Assembly (NCBI GenBank): GCA_018648095.1
Contig: JABGRV010000006.1
Location: 16,559 to 80,558 of the forward strand
DNA length: 64,000 bases
Direction of reading: 5' to 3'
DNA from: an archaeon
GTDB lineage: Archaea > Nanobdellota > Nanobdellia > Pacearchaeales > GW2011-AR1
Positions within the stretch are counted from its first letter, which is position 1; the number at the start of each line of letters is the position of its first letter. Shown here one piece after another: positions 10,083 through 18,440 of the stretch. The notes beneath the pieces were generated by a model. It saw only the letters and a list, made by a program, of their open reading frames with translations. It did not search any database and was not told the origin of the DNA. Position numbers and translations under genes: made by a program.

Positions 10083-11783
10083 CTACCTATTCCCAAACCA
10101 AAACTCTAATTTCTCTTTTCCATCTTCCTTTTTCTTTTTGTGAAGTCTAACAAAACCAAATCGCTCAAATTGAATAATATCTCCCACCTTAAGTTTCTTA
10201 AGTGCAGATTCTCCTAGTCCATGAATAATTGTACCGTCGTCCATCCTGATTTTTGTATCAACATTCTCAGCATTAGCCGGTAACCATTGGATGAATTTAG
10301 TTTCCAAGTCATTATCCGGATCTTCAGAAACAAAACTAAAATCTCTCGGACGTATTTTTCCAACCTCACCAGACTTAAAATTAAGTAAGTGCATCAACCG
10401 ATAATTCCCGTTACGCATCAAATCATAATCTTGTCCGGGAATAAAGAACTCTTGCCGGGTCATATACTCTCTAAATCCCTTCTTTCCATCCGGGTGGAGA
10501 GGTAATTTAGCATGAAATTCAGGACAACCACCTATTTTGATTTTCTGCGGCCTTTCTACAAAGAAATATCTTGGGACGTCTGCAAGATTTTTCTTATTAA
10601 TTGAATATAGTACATCTACCGGAACAACTGCATTAGACCTCTTAACTCCCATACCTAAAATAAATTCGCGAATAGTCTCCGGTAATATCCCCCTATCCTT
10701 CAAACTTCTCAAACTCCAAGTTCTGGGATCATTCCACCCCGTATAGGTTCCTGATTTAACTTCTGCAGCCCCCTTGGACTTGGAAATCTTTACACCCTCA
10801 ATTGCAAAATGCCCCGTGTGAATAACTTCAGGGTGCTTCCATCCAAAAATATCCCAAATAAACTTCTCAACCTTAGTTTCCATCATTAGTTCCATCCCCC
10901 TAATAATATGGGTAACTCCCAAAAGATGATCATCAATTGCCCAAGAAAAGTCAAGAAGGGGATAAACACGATACTTTTTCCCAAGCCTAGCGTGAGGACG
11001 ATCAGATATTCTAAACATGATACGATCTCGAAAGGCAGGGTTCGGATCATCCATAGAAGTTTTAAGTCGAACGGTAAAACTTCCAACAGGAGCATCAAAC
11101 ATTTTCTTCCATCTCTTTTCATGTTCACTAGGCAACAATCTTCGACAACTACACTCAACACCCTTAACTTTCAGTTCATGCATCTCATCCTGCGGACAAG
11201 AACAAACGTACAAATAACCTTTCTTAATCATCTCTTCAGCATAAGCATAGTATTTCTCAATCCTGTCAGATTTGTAAATAATCTTTTTATCATATTTTGC
11301 TCCAAGAAATTTAACATCTTCTTCAATCATCTTATATGCTTCAGGTTCAATTGGTTTAGCTTCAGAACCAATTGTATCATCCATAACTAAAATCATTCTC
11401 CCCCCATACATTTTTGCATACTCATCATTGAGGATTAATGGTCTAGCATTTCCAATATGTAGGGGTCCCGAAGGAAACGGAGCAAATCTCGTGATAACTT
11501 TCCCATCTTCTGCATTAGGCAATTCGGGCAATCCTTCACGAACTTCTCGCTTACTAACATTTACCTTCAATTTATCAAATTCTTCTGCCTGTTTTTCCAT
11601 ATCCAGAGAATTAACTGCCTTCAAAACTTCCATTATTTTTGGGAGGATTTCCTTAACCTTATCTTTCTCAAGTCCTTCTGCGAAAAGCCCAGCCAGAACC
11701 GCACCCTGATTTGCCTTTCCCCCATACTTTAGAGCATTCTCCAATGCATAGGCACGAATAATTTTCTTTGAAATTTCTACCAT
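10083..11783 (-). CDS. gltX: glutamyl-tRNA synthetase, archaeal/eukaryotic type
   Basis: 566 aa. Class I HIGH motif (PLHIGNARP) and KMSKS motif (KISKSKG), at archaeal GluRS length. Confidence 0.9.
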   Translation of the reverse strand: MVEISKKIIRAYALENALKYGGKANQGAVLAGLFAEGLEKDKVKEILPKIMEVLKAVNSLDMEKQAEEFDKLKVNVSKREVREGLPELPNAEDGKVITRFAPFPSGPLHIGNARPLILNDEYAKMYGGRMILVMDDTIGSEAKPIEPEAYKMIEEDVKFLGAKYDKKIIYKSDRIEKYYAYAEEMIKKGYLYVCSCPQDEMHELKVKGVECSCRRLLPSEHEKRWKKMFDAPVGSFTVRLKTSMDDPNPAFRDRIMFRISDRPHARLGKKYRVYPLLDFSWAIDDHLLGVTHIIRGMELMMETKVEKFIWDIFGWKHPEVIHTGHFAIEGVKISKSKGAAEVKSGTYTGWNDPRTWSLRSLKDRGILPETIREFILGMGVKRSNAVVPVDVLYSINKKNLADVPRYFFVERPQKIKIGGCPEFHAKLPLHPDGKKGFREYMTRQEFFIPGQDYDLMRNGNYRLMHLLNFKSGEVGKIRPRDFSFVSEDPDNDLETKFIQWLPANAENVDTKIRMDDGTIIHGLGESALKKLKVGDIIQFERFGFVRLHKKKKEDGKEKLEFWFGNR

Positions 11784-11832
11784 ACTTAATAGAGAAGAGA
11801 CAAGGTTTTAAATTTGTTGTTTATCCGGAGAA

Positions 11833-12264
11833 TTACCAGCCCATAACTCCAACACTCGAATCGCTAGTAGAAGGACTAGCTTCAACACCTGCCTTTCTCT
11901 CAAGAAGTTCAATCCTTTGTTCTAACTTGTAAATCTTATTATCCAATTCTGTTATTTTTGCATCAACTTCTCTCTTATCATATCCCCCACTAGAACTTGA
12001 AAAACCATCAGAACTAGAAGAAGAACCTGAAGAGTCCATAAATCCAAAGAATTCTGAATTAGATCCTGATCCTGAGTTTTCAGAGCTAGCTTCTGACGAA
12101 TCCATTCCAGAAACAGAAGAACCAACCTTCGAAGAGCCAACACCCAACTCGACAAAACCATCCTTATTAGTCGGAACTTCTACATTATTACGCGGGATCA
12201 CAACAACGCCTCGCTTTTGTAGCTCTCGAACATCAATCATCCTCTTCTTTTTTCTAAACAACAT
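11833..12264 (-). CDS. Ser/Gly-rich low-complexity protein with C-terminal coiled coil
   Basis: 143 aa. Long S/G/D run, then a heptad-like KITELDNKIYKLEQRIELLERK segment. Confidence 0.35.
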   Translation of the reverse strand: MLFRKKKRMIDVRELQKRGVVVIPRNNVEVPTNKDGFVELGVGSSKVGSSVSGMDSSEASSENSGSGSNSEFFGFMDSSGSSSSSDGFSSSSGGYDKREVDAKITELDNKIYKLEQRIELLERKAGVEASPSTSDSSVGVMGW

Positions 12265-12308
12265 AATTCATATAAGAAGAACCTTTATTTAAAGATTGCT
12301 AAACAAAC

Positions 12309-12317
12309 TTTTATATA
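12309..12317 (+). promoter_or_regulatory. archaeal TATA-box-like element (ttttatata) about 26 nt upstream of the 12339 ATG
   Basis: TATA-like element at the spacing expected for a leaderless transcript. Confidence 0.3.
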
Positions 12318-12338
12318 TCCTTCAATCTATCTTACAGT

Positions 12339-13805
12339 ATGGGTGACATTAAAGAGGTAGTGCCAAAAATTACTAAGTTTAAGAAAGGAAAACCAATTTC
12401 TTCCTTTAAGCTAACTTTTGATTCTCAACAAGTACAGCCAGAACCAATATACTATTGGCTTCTTGATTTCGTTCAGGATGGGGGATGGGAAACAAAAAAG
12501 ATCACAGATAATTTTTCAGCATCTCCAGGTTCAGGACAATTTGCAGATATTGGACAAAGAGTAACACGAATGCAAGAGGAGGGAATGAAAATCCTTGGAG
12601 GATTAAACCAAGTAATCAAGTCCTCGTTAAATTTAATTTATGATCTTAAGGAATTCAAGATGAGGCTAGTACACTATGATGACTCAAAATCCGATAGCAA
12701 ACAAACAAGAGAAAGTGGAATGCTTGCATTAAAACAGATTTGGCTTGATAGTGTAGATTTAAAGCGGGGCCGGGGATCCATTCATCAACTGGCTGCGGAG
12801 GGGGGATATACCACAATTCGTGAGGTTTTTATGATGGCAAACAGCATTAACGATCTTAAAAAAATGAATAAGGAAGATAAAGATGGGGGGGGAATAATCA
12901 ATGACCAGATTCTAAGGATGTTAATTCCAAGGCTTGCAGAGTTCAATAAGTGGGTAGAGTATTCCGAAAAGGAACTAAGAAAAAGATTCAATATTGAAAG
13001 GTCTTATCTAAAATCTCAGGTAGAGACAATAAAACTTTATTCTTCCTGGATGAAACCGTATCTAAAGGCTGCAGAAGAACTTCGACAAAAAGGTTTCGAA
13101 GGAAACGCAGCATTAGTCAGTGCATTTAGTACTTCAATGTTCGAACTAACTCTTTTTGGAAAGAGGAAAGTTAGCGTTCCAGAAAAATTTGGTAACGCAA
13201 AACTAAAACGGGATTATTATTCCTGTATTCTAATTAGTTTAGTTTATCGGGGGCATCTTTCGCGGAGAGAAACCCAACAAGGAGATTATGGATTTGTGAT
13301 GGGTGGAAGAATAGATATGACCTTCGATTCCTATGCCCTAAATAGCGAAGAAATGGAATTAATGGAAAAAGAGCTAACAAAAGAAGATGTTGAAGATACT
13401 CTAAAATTTTCAAGCGATGTTGCAGGAGATGCTTTAGCGGAATTAAAAGACGATCTAGACGAATTCTTAACTGATGAAGATGATAAAAAAGAAGAAAAGA
13501 AGAAAAAGAAAAAAGAAAATGACATCAATCCATTCTCTGCACTCTTCAGTTTATTCAAACCTTCCTCAAAAAAGAAAGGAAAGAAAAAAGAAATTGCTAA
13601 TCTAAAAAGCATAAAAGCCGATAATTTTGTAGAAAGAGCAGTTCGTGCTAATGCTGCCCAGAGTGCGGCCGATGGAATTTACTTAGTTTATGATATCTAC
13701 AAGAAATCACATGGCATGGCTTCCTCTCCAGAAGGATTCGAAAACTCAGATGAGGCAGAAACAACAGAACCTGCAGTTGAATTTAAGGATGTCTTTAAGA
13801 AATAA
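12339..13805 (+). CDS. hypothetical protein with Lys/Glu-rich low-complexity C-terminal region
   Basis: 488-aa ORF. No recognisable family. Confidence 0.45.
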   Translation: MGDIKEVVPKITKFKKGKPISSFKLTFDSQQVQPEPIYYWLLDFVQDGGWETKKITDNFSASPGSGQFADIGQRVTRMQEEGMKILGGLNQVIKSSLNLIYDLKEFKMRLVHYDDSKSDSKQTRESGMLALKQIWLDSVDLKRGRGSIHQLAAEGGYTTIREVFMMANSINDLKKMNKEDKDGGGIINDQILRMLIPRLAEFNKWVEYSEKELRKRFNIERSYLKSQVETIKLYSSWMKPYLKAAEELRQKGFEGNAALVSAFSTSMFELTLFGKRKVSVPEKFGNAKLKRDYYSCILISLVYRGHLSRRETQQGDYGFVMGGRIDMTFDSYALNSEEMELMEKELTKEDVEDTLKFSSDVAGDALAELKDDLDEFLTDEDDKKEEKKKKKKENDINPFSALFSLFKPSSKKKGKKKEIANLKSIKADNFVERAVRANAAQSAADGIYLVYDIYKKSHGMASSPEGFENSDEAETTEPAVEFKDVFKK

Positions 13806-13865
13806 GCTTTTTAGGCAATTTTCTCAAACAATAAAATAATTAAACGTATTTTTCTATGATTTTTA

Positions 13866-14537
13866 ATGGCAAAGAAAGCTAAAACTGTAATTGTTAGAGA
13901 AAAAGGCCCAGCTATCCGAGAAGTCGAAAAAGAAGAGAAATTTGAAGAAGAATCAACAAAAGAAGATTCAGAAGACTCTGGGAAAGAAGAAGATTTTGAG
14001 GACTTTGTGGAGGACCTTTGGGAGGACAGACAAAGACAGTCAGAACGAGAACCAGAAGACGCATTTACTCCAGAAGGCCTTATTTTAGAATCGGGACAGG
14101 GAGCACAAGACATTCCAACAACTCTTGAAGACTCCTTAGGCGATGCTCCGGATACATTTGGGGATCAAGGAGAAATGGCTGGGAATGACATGTACAATAC
14201 TGGCGGAGGACAAGATGGCGGAATCTATGGTGCCGCAGGAGATAGTGCCGCAGGAGATATGTATGGCACTAGTGCGGGACAGGGAGGAAGCCCTTACAGC
14301 ACTGGCACAGGTGCTGAAGAAGGATCAAATAGCATGTACAATACGGGACAAGGAAATGATACAAACTCCCAAGGCTCCTTGGCATATAATGCTGGACAAG
14401 GAAATGCTCAAAATAAGGATAATACAAATAATCGGCAAAAAGACAAGGGCGGCTTAGAAAATCGAGGACTTGGCGGAAGAAGTTCAAAAAAAGGAAAGTC
14501 TAACTCCTCTGGAGCGCTTTATCAGGCGAGACACTAA
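13866..14537 (+). CDS. acidic N-terminus / Gly-Gln-rich tandem-repeat protein (repeats of ~MYNTGxGxDG)
   Basis: 223 aa. Internal repeats MYNTGGGQDGG, MYGTSAGQGGS and MYNTGQGNDT. Confidence 0.35.
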   Translation: MAKKAKTVIVREKGPAIREVEKEEKFEEESTKEDSEDSGKEEDFEDFVEDLWEDRQRQSEREPEDAFTPEGLILESGQGAQDIPTTLEDSLGDAPDTFGDQGEMAGNDMYNTGGGQDGGIYGAAGDSAAGDMYGTSAGQGGSPYSTGTGAEEGSNSMYNTGQGNDTNSQGSLAYNAGQGNAQNKDNTNNRQKDKGGLENRGLGGRSSKKGKSNSSGALYQARH

Positions 14538-14577
14538 TTTTAAATAATACAAATATTTAGTATTATTAGGTGATAAA

Positions 14578-16494
14578 ATGGACTCATATGGTACAACAAG
14601 TTACGAATCTTTTCAGGATGGCACTGTCTCCTCATTAAGTCCAGACTTTGGAACTTACGGTTCTACCGGATTTAGACTAAACGCGGGAACAATCGGTTTT
14701 CCAGGATCTGCAGCGACGGCAAATCAACTTGGAGAAACAGTAAATGCACTAAAACACGGTGTTAAAACATTCGAAGTAACCCTCCTAGGTGTCCAAGATG
14801 CTGACCAGGCAATCCCTATCCAACATTTTAAGGAAATGAGAGCACTAATGAAACTTTCTGGAGTTAAACCCTCTGTCCACGGACCATTGGTGGATGCAGC
14901 AGGATTTGGGGAACAGGGTTGGGGCGGTGAGCACGTAATGGAAGATAATCAACGGAAGATGTTTGACGCGATAGAGAAAGCACACATACTCGATCCCACC
15001 GGGAATATCCCCATAGTTTTCCATTCAACAAATGGTGTGCCTGGAACAGAATGGAGGCCGGGAGATACTAGCAAGGGAGAGGATAGATTCAAGGAATTTC
15101 AAACTCCTGTAATCGATCAAGAAAGCGGAAGAGTATCACAGGTTAAAGAACATAGATCCTATTATATGAGTAGTACACCAGAAGAATTCAAACTTGGTGA
15201 GAAAGATATCGAGGAGGGGGGATCCCTTATGACAACACGGGCGGCAATAAATAATCAAAACGCTACAGATTGGGATGAAAAATTAAAAGATATTACCCTC
15301 GGAAAGAGATATGCTGATCAGGCCCTTCAGGATGCACTCGCTAATGCTCAGGGACTTAACCTAACCAATCAAGAAATAAAATCAAGAGAAGATATGGTAA
15401 AATTGGATATGGAAATGAAATCTCATCCGGAGATTGAACGTGAGTTCACGAAGGCTGCAACTCTACTAGATAATAGTAATACTTCTTTCCGTTCCTTATT
15501 CAATAGGGCTTATAAGTACGGGACAGATGCGCAAAGAAAAGAACTTAAAACGATGGCATCTAACTGGCAAAAAGAAAAAAAGGAAGATAAGAAAGAGGTC
15601 GCTAACATCTTCCAAAAACAAATTAGGGAATCTCAACGGCAAGATAAGTATTTTAAGGAAATGAAAAGTATCACTACCGGCGGAGGAGAGATAAATGGAA
15701 AAATGATTGGGGGAGAAGATTTCCTGGCACCACAGGTCAACATGGCTGCAGAAGATTTTGCAATGAAAAAGGCTGCCAAAACATTCGGGAATCTTGCTTT
15801 AAAATCCTATGAAAAATTTGGAGAAACCGCCCCGATAATCGCAATAGAAAACATGTATCAGGGAATGGCATTCTCGCGGGGAGAGGACATGAAAAATTTG
15901 GTAAAGAAATCAAGAAAACAATTCGAGAAAAAACTAAGGGATGAACAAGGCTTATCAAAGGGGGACGCAAGAAGGGTGGCCAAGAAACAAATTGGGGTGA
16001 CCTGGGATGTTGGGCACCTGAATGTAATGCGAAAGGCAGGGTTCGATGAAAAAGATATTGTGAAGGCAACAAAAACTGTCGCCCCCATGGTAAAACACGT
16101 ACATCTAACGGACAACTTTGGTTATTCTGATTCTCATCTAGTTCCTGGAATGGGAAATGTCCCATTCAAAAAGATCCTTGAACAATTAGAAAAAACTGGT
16201 AGGCTTGATGAGATGAGAAAAATAGTTGAAGCACCAGGATTCATCCAACATTTCAAAAAATTACCTCATTCCATGGTTCTTTCAGCCTTTGGTTCTCCAA
16301 TCTACGGAGCAAAAATGGCTCCCCACTGGAATCAGGCAGCGGGGATGGTGGGATCATATTTTGGAGGATATGGGACCCTAAATCCGCAACAGCATCATTC
16401 AATTTATGGGGCAGGTTTCACAACAATGCCTGTTGAGCTAGGGGGGATGATGGATGGAGGCCAATCAAGATTTGGCGGAACACCAATGTCCTAG
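14578..16494 (+). CDS. putative xylose-isomerase-like TIM-barrel (sugar phosphate isomerase/epimerase family) with a large internal helical insertion
   Basis: The N-terminal PSVHGPL..HVMEDN..IVFHS and C-terminal HVHLTDNFGYSDSHLVPGMGNVPF resemble AP-endonuclease-2/xylose-isomerase TIM-barrel metal-binding motifs. They are separated by about 350 aa of charged helical sequence. Confidence 0.35.
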   Translation: MDSYGTTSYESFQDGTVSSLSPDFGTYGSTGFRLNAGTIGFPGSAATANQLGETVNALKHGVKTFEVTLLGVQDADQAIPIQHFKEMRALMKLSGVKPSVHGPLVDAAGFGEQGWGGEHVMEDNQRKMFDAIEKAHILDPTGNIPIVFHSTNGVPGTEWRPGDTSKGEDRFKEFQTPVIDQESGRVSQVKEHRSYYMSSTPEEFKLGEKDIEEGGSLMTTRAAINNQNATDWDEKLKDITLGKRYADQALQDALANAQGLNLTNQEIKSREDMVKLDMEMKSHPEIEREFTKAATLLDNSNTSFRSLFNRAYKYGTDAQRKELKTMASNWQKEKKEDKKEVANIFQKQIRESQRQDKYFKEMKSITTGGGEINGKMIGGEDFLAPQVNMAAEDFAMKKAAKTFGNLALKSYEKFGETAPIIAIENMYQGMAFSRGEDMKNLVKKSRKQFEKKLRDEQGLSKGDARRVAKKQIGVTWDVGHLNVMRKAGFDEKDIVKATKTVAPMVKHVHLTDNFGYSDSHLVPGMGNVPFKKILEQLEKTGRLDEMRKIVEAPGFIQHFKKLPHSMVLSAFGSPIYGAKMAPHWNQAAGMVGSYFGGYGTLNPQQHHSIYGAGFTTMPVELGGMMDGGQSRFGGTPMS

Positions 16495-16539
16495 GTCAAT
16501 ACATTTATAAAATTGAATTACTAATTACTATAAAAGAGG

Positions 16540-17421
16540 ATGGCAAAAAAGAAAGTTTCTAAACCTAGTCTAAAGAAAGGGGAGTCTAAAAAACCCGAGA
16601 CAAAGATAGTCAGGAACAATGAGCCAAAGACGCTAAACCTTGTCGGAGAAAGGGAAATAGCTCTAGATTTTGCAACAAAAGTCTATAATGAATTTGATCA
16701 GATGATTAAGTCAATCGTTCTTTTTGGGTCATCTGCAAAGAAGATCTCAATGCCAGATTCAGATATAGATATAATAATTATAATCGACGACGTATCCATT
16801 CAATGGGATCAAGAACTTATTGCAACCTATAGGGAAGAACTTGGGAAACTTATCCAAAACAATCCTTATAGAAAAGCATTACATATCAATTCCGTAAAAC
16901 TTTCCACATGGTGGAGCGATTTAATGAGGGGAGATCCAGTTGTAATAAACATTTTAAGATATGGGGATGCACTTGTTGACTTCGGCGGGTTCTTCAACCC
17001 ATTACGAATTCTCTTGAAGGACGGAAAGATCAGATCAACCCCTGAATCAATTTATACCCTTTTACAGAGGGCTCCGGCACATATGGTTCGTGCAAGAGAT
17101 TCAATGCTTGCAACCGTAGACGGGCTATATTGGACAATGGTAGATTCTGCACATGCTGCGCTAATTGCTGCAAATATTATGCCGTCATCTCCAGAAGAGA
17201 TTGCAGAAGTAATGACTAAACATTTCGTAAAAAAGAAACTTCTTCATAAAAAATATCCTGCCTACTACGAAAGTGCGAGAGTTATCGCAAAAGATATAGT
17301 TCACGGAAAAAGAAGAGAAATCACTGGAAAGGAAATCGATGATCTCTTTACAAAAACCGATGATTTTCTCGGAGAAATGGCAAGACTAGTAGATAGTCTA
17401 ATCGATAAAAAAAATAATTAA
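16540..17421 (+). CDS. nucleotidyltransferase-domain protein (Pol-beta superfamily, minimal NTase)
   Basis: GS...D.D signature: VLFGSSAKKISMPDSDIDIIII. Confidence 0.6.
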   Translation: MAKKKVSKPSLKKGESKKPETKIVRNNEPKTLNLVGEREIALDFATKVYNEFDQMIKSIVLFGSSAKKISMPDSDIDIIIIIDDVSIQWDQELIATYREELGKLIQNNPYRKALHINSVKLSTWWSDLMRGDPVVINILRYGDALVDFGGFFNPLRILLKDGKIRSTPESIYTLLQRAPAHMVRARDSMLATVDGLYWTMVDSAHAALIAANIMPSSPEEIAEVMTKHFVKKKLLHKKYPAYYESARVIAKDIVHGKRREITGKEIDDLFTKTDDFLGEMARLVDSLIDKKNN

Positions 17422-17435
17422 AAAATTAAAAATAA

Positions 17436-18440
17436 TTAGTTCCCGTTATTCTGAGCAGCCATTGCAGCTTCATATTCCGCAATAGTTGTTCTTGCCAAAT
17501 CATTTAGGCCTTCAACCATTGGAATAACCTGTTCAAGAGCATTCTGGGAGAATTCTCCGATACTTGCTCTTTTGTTCTGCATCCATTGCTGAAGTTCCTG
17601 AACCTTTTCCTGAGCCGGTTCTGGACCAAGTGCTTCCAATTTGCTCCTAACTTCTTGATTAAGGGCCATAATGCCTTCTGCCTGATCATTACCATAGGCA
17701 TCAGCTAACTTAATATTATCTGCAACGAACTTAGGGAATCCGTATTCTCCAACTGTTCTAATTGCCTTATTCTTTGCATTAATTCCAAATTCATCAACTA
17801 TTCTATCCTTGAATGGCGTAAAAAATGCCATTTCAATAGGTTTAAGATTCTCTGCCTTACCTGCAAAATAAGCCTCAGGATCATCAGAAATGGCCTTCTG
17901 TTCAGCCCTATAAAATTCAATAGCATCAACAACTGGATCAAAACTAGCCCCCCTACCTTTCTTAAAAGTCGGCATTGTAAATACCATGTTGAATAGACCT
18001 TCTCCTCTTCCTTCCATCCATGCGATTTCAGCAAGAGCATTAGCATATTTAACTCCGTATTGAGTCATTCCATCTTGAGCAACCATAACACTACCTTTTC
18101 TAGCAGCCTCTACTTGTGCGGACGGAAGTCCTGCCAAAGCATCTTTATTACCAAGCATTATTTCCGAGAAAGTAGCAATATCTGCTCCAGTTATTTCTTT
18201 AGCTTGATCGTATCCTCTTGCAAAAGTTCCTGCACTCCATCCAGAATCTGCATTTAATGGAGCATAGGCTAGATCAACTAATCCTCCGTCTTCATTAACA
18301 AATTGTGTTGGTGTTATGAATCTTTCATAATCCCTCACGTTTTCATTTCCATTAACCATGTTTATTTTAGAAATATAGACTTTATAAACCTTTCGGTGTG
18401 TTGTATCTGGTGAGGGGTAACAGAATGCGCATCTAATCAA
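17436..18440 (-). CDS. hypothetical protein
   Basis: 334-aa ORF. The likely true start is the internal MVNGNENV. No family recognised. Confidence 0.4.
   Translation of the reverse strand: MIRCAFCYPSPDTTHRKVYKVYISKINMVNGNENVRDYERFITPTQFVNEDGGLVDLAYAPLNADSGWSAGTFARGYDQAKEITGADIATFSEIMLGNKDALAGLPSAQVEAARKGSVMVAQDGMTQYGVKYANALAEIAWMEGRGEGLFNMVFTMPTFKKGRGASFDPVVDAIEFYRAEQKAISDDPEAYFAGKAENLKPIEMAFFTPFKDRIVDEFGINAKNKAIRTVGEYGFPKFVADNIKLADAYGNDQAEGIMALNQEVRSKLEALGPEPAQEKVQELQQWMQNKRASIGEFSQNALEQVIPMVEGLNDLARTTIAEYEAAMAAQNNGN

Noticed and set aside
10886-11709. Several ORFs (10908..11390 plus, 10886..11161 minus alternate frame, 11428..11709 plus) inside gltX
   Set aside because: They overlap the confidently identified 566-aa GluRS frame.
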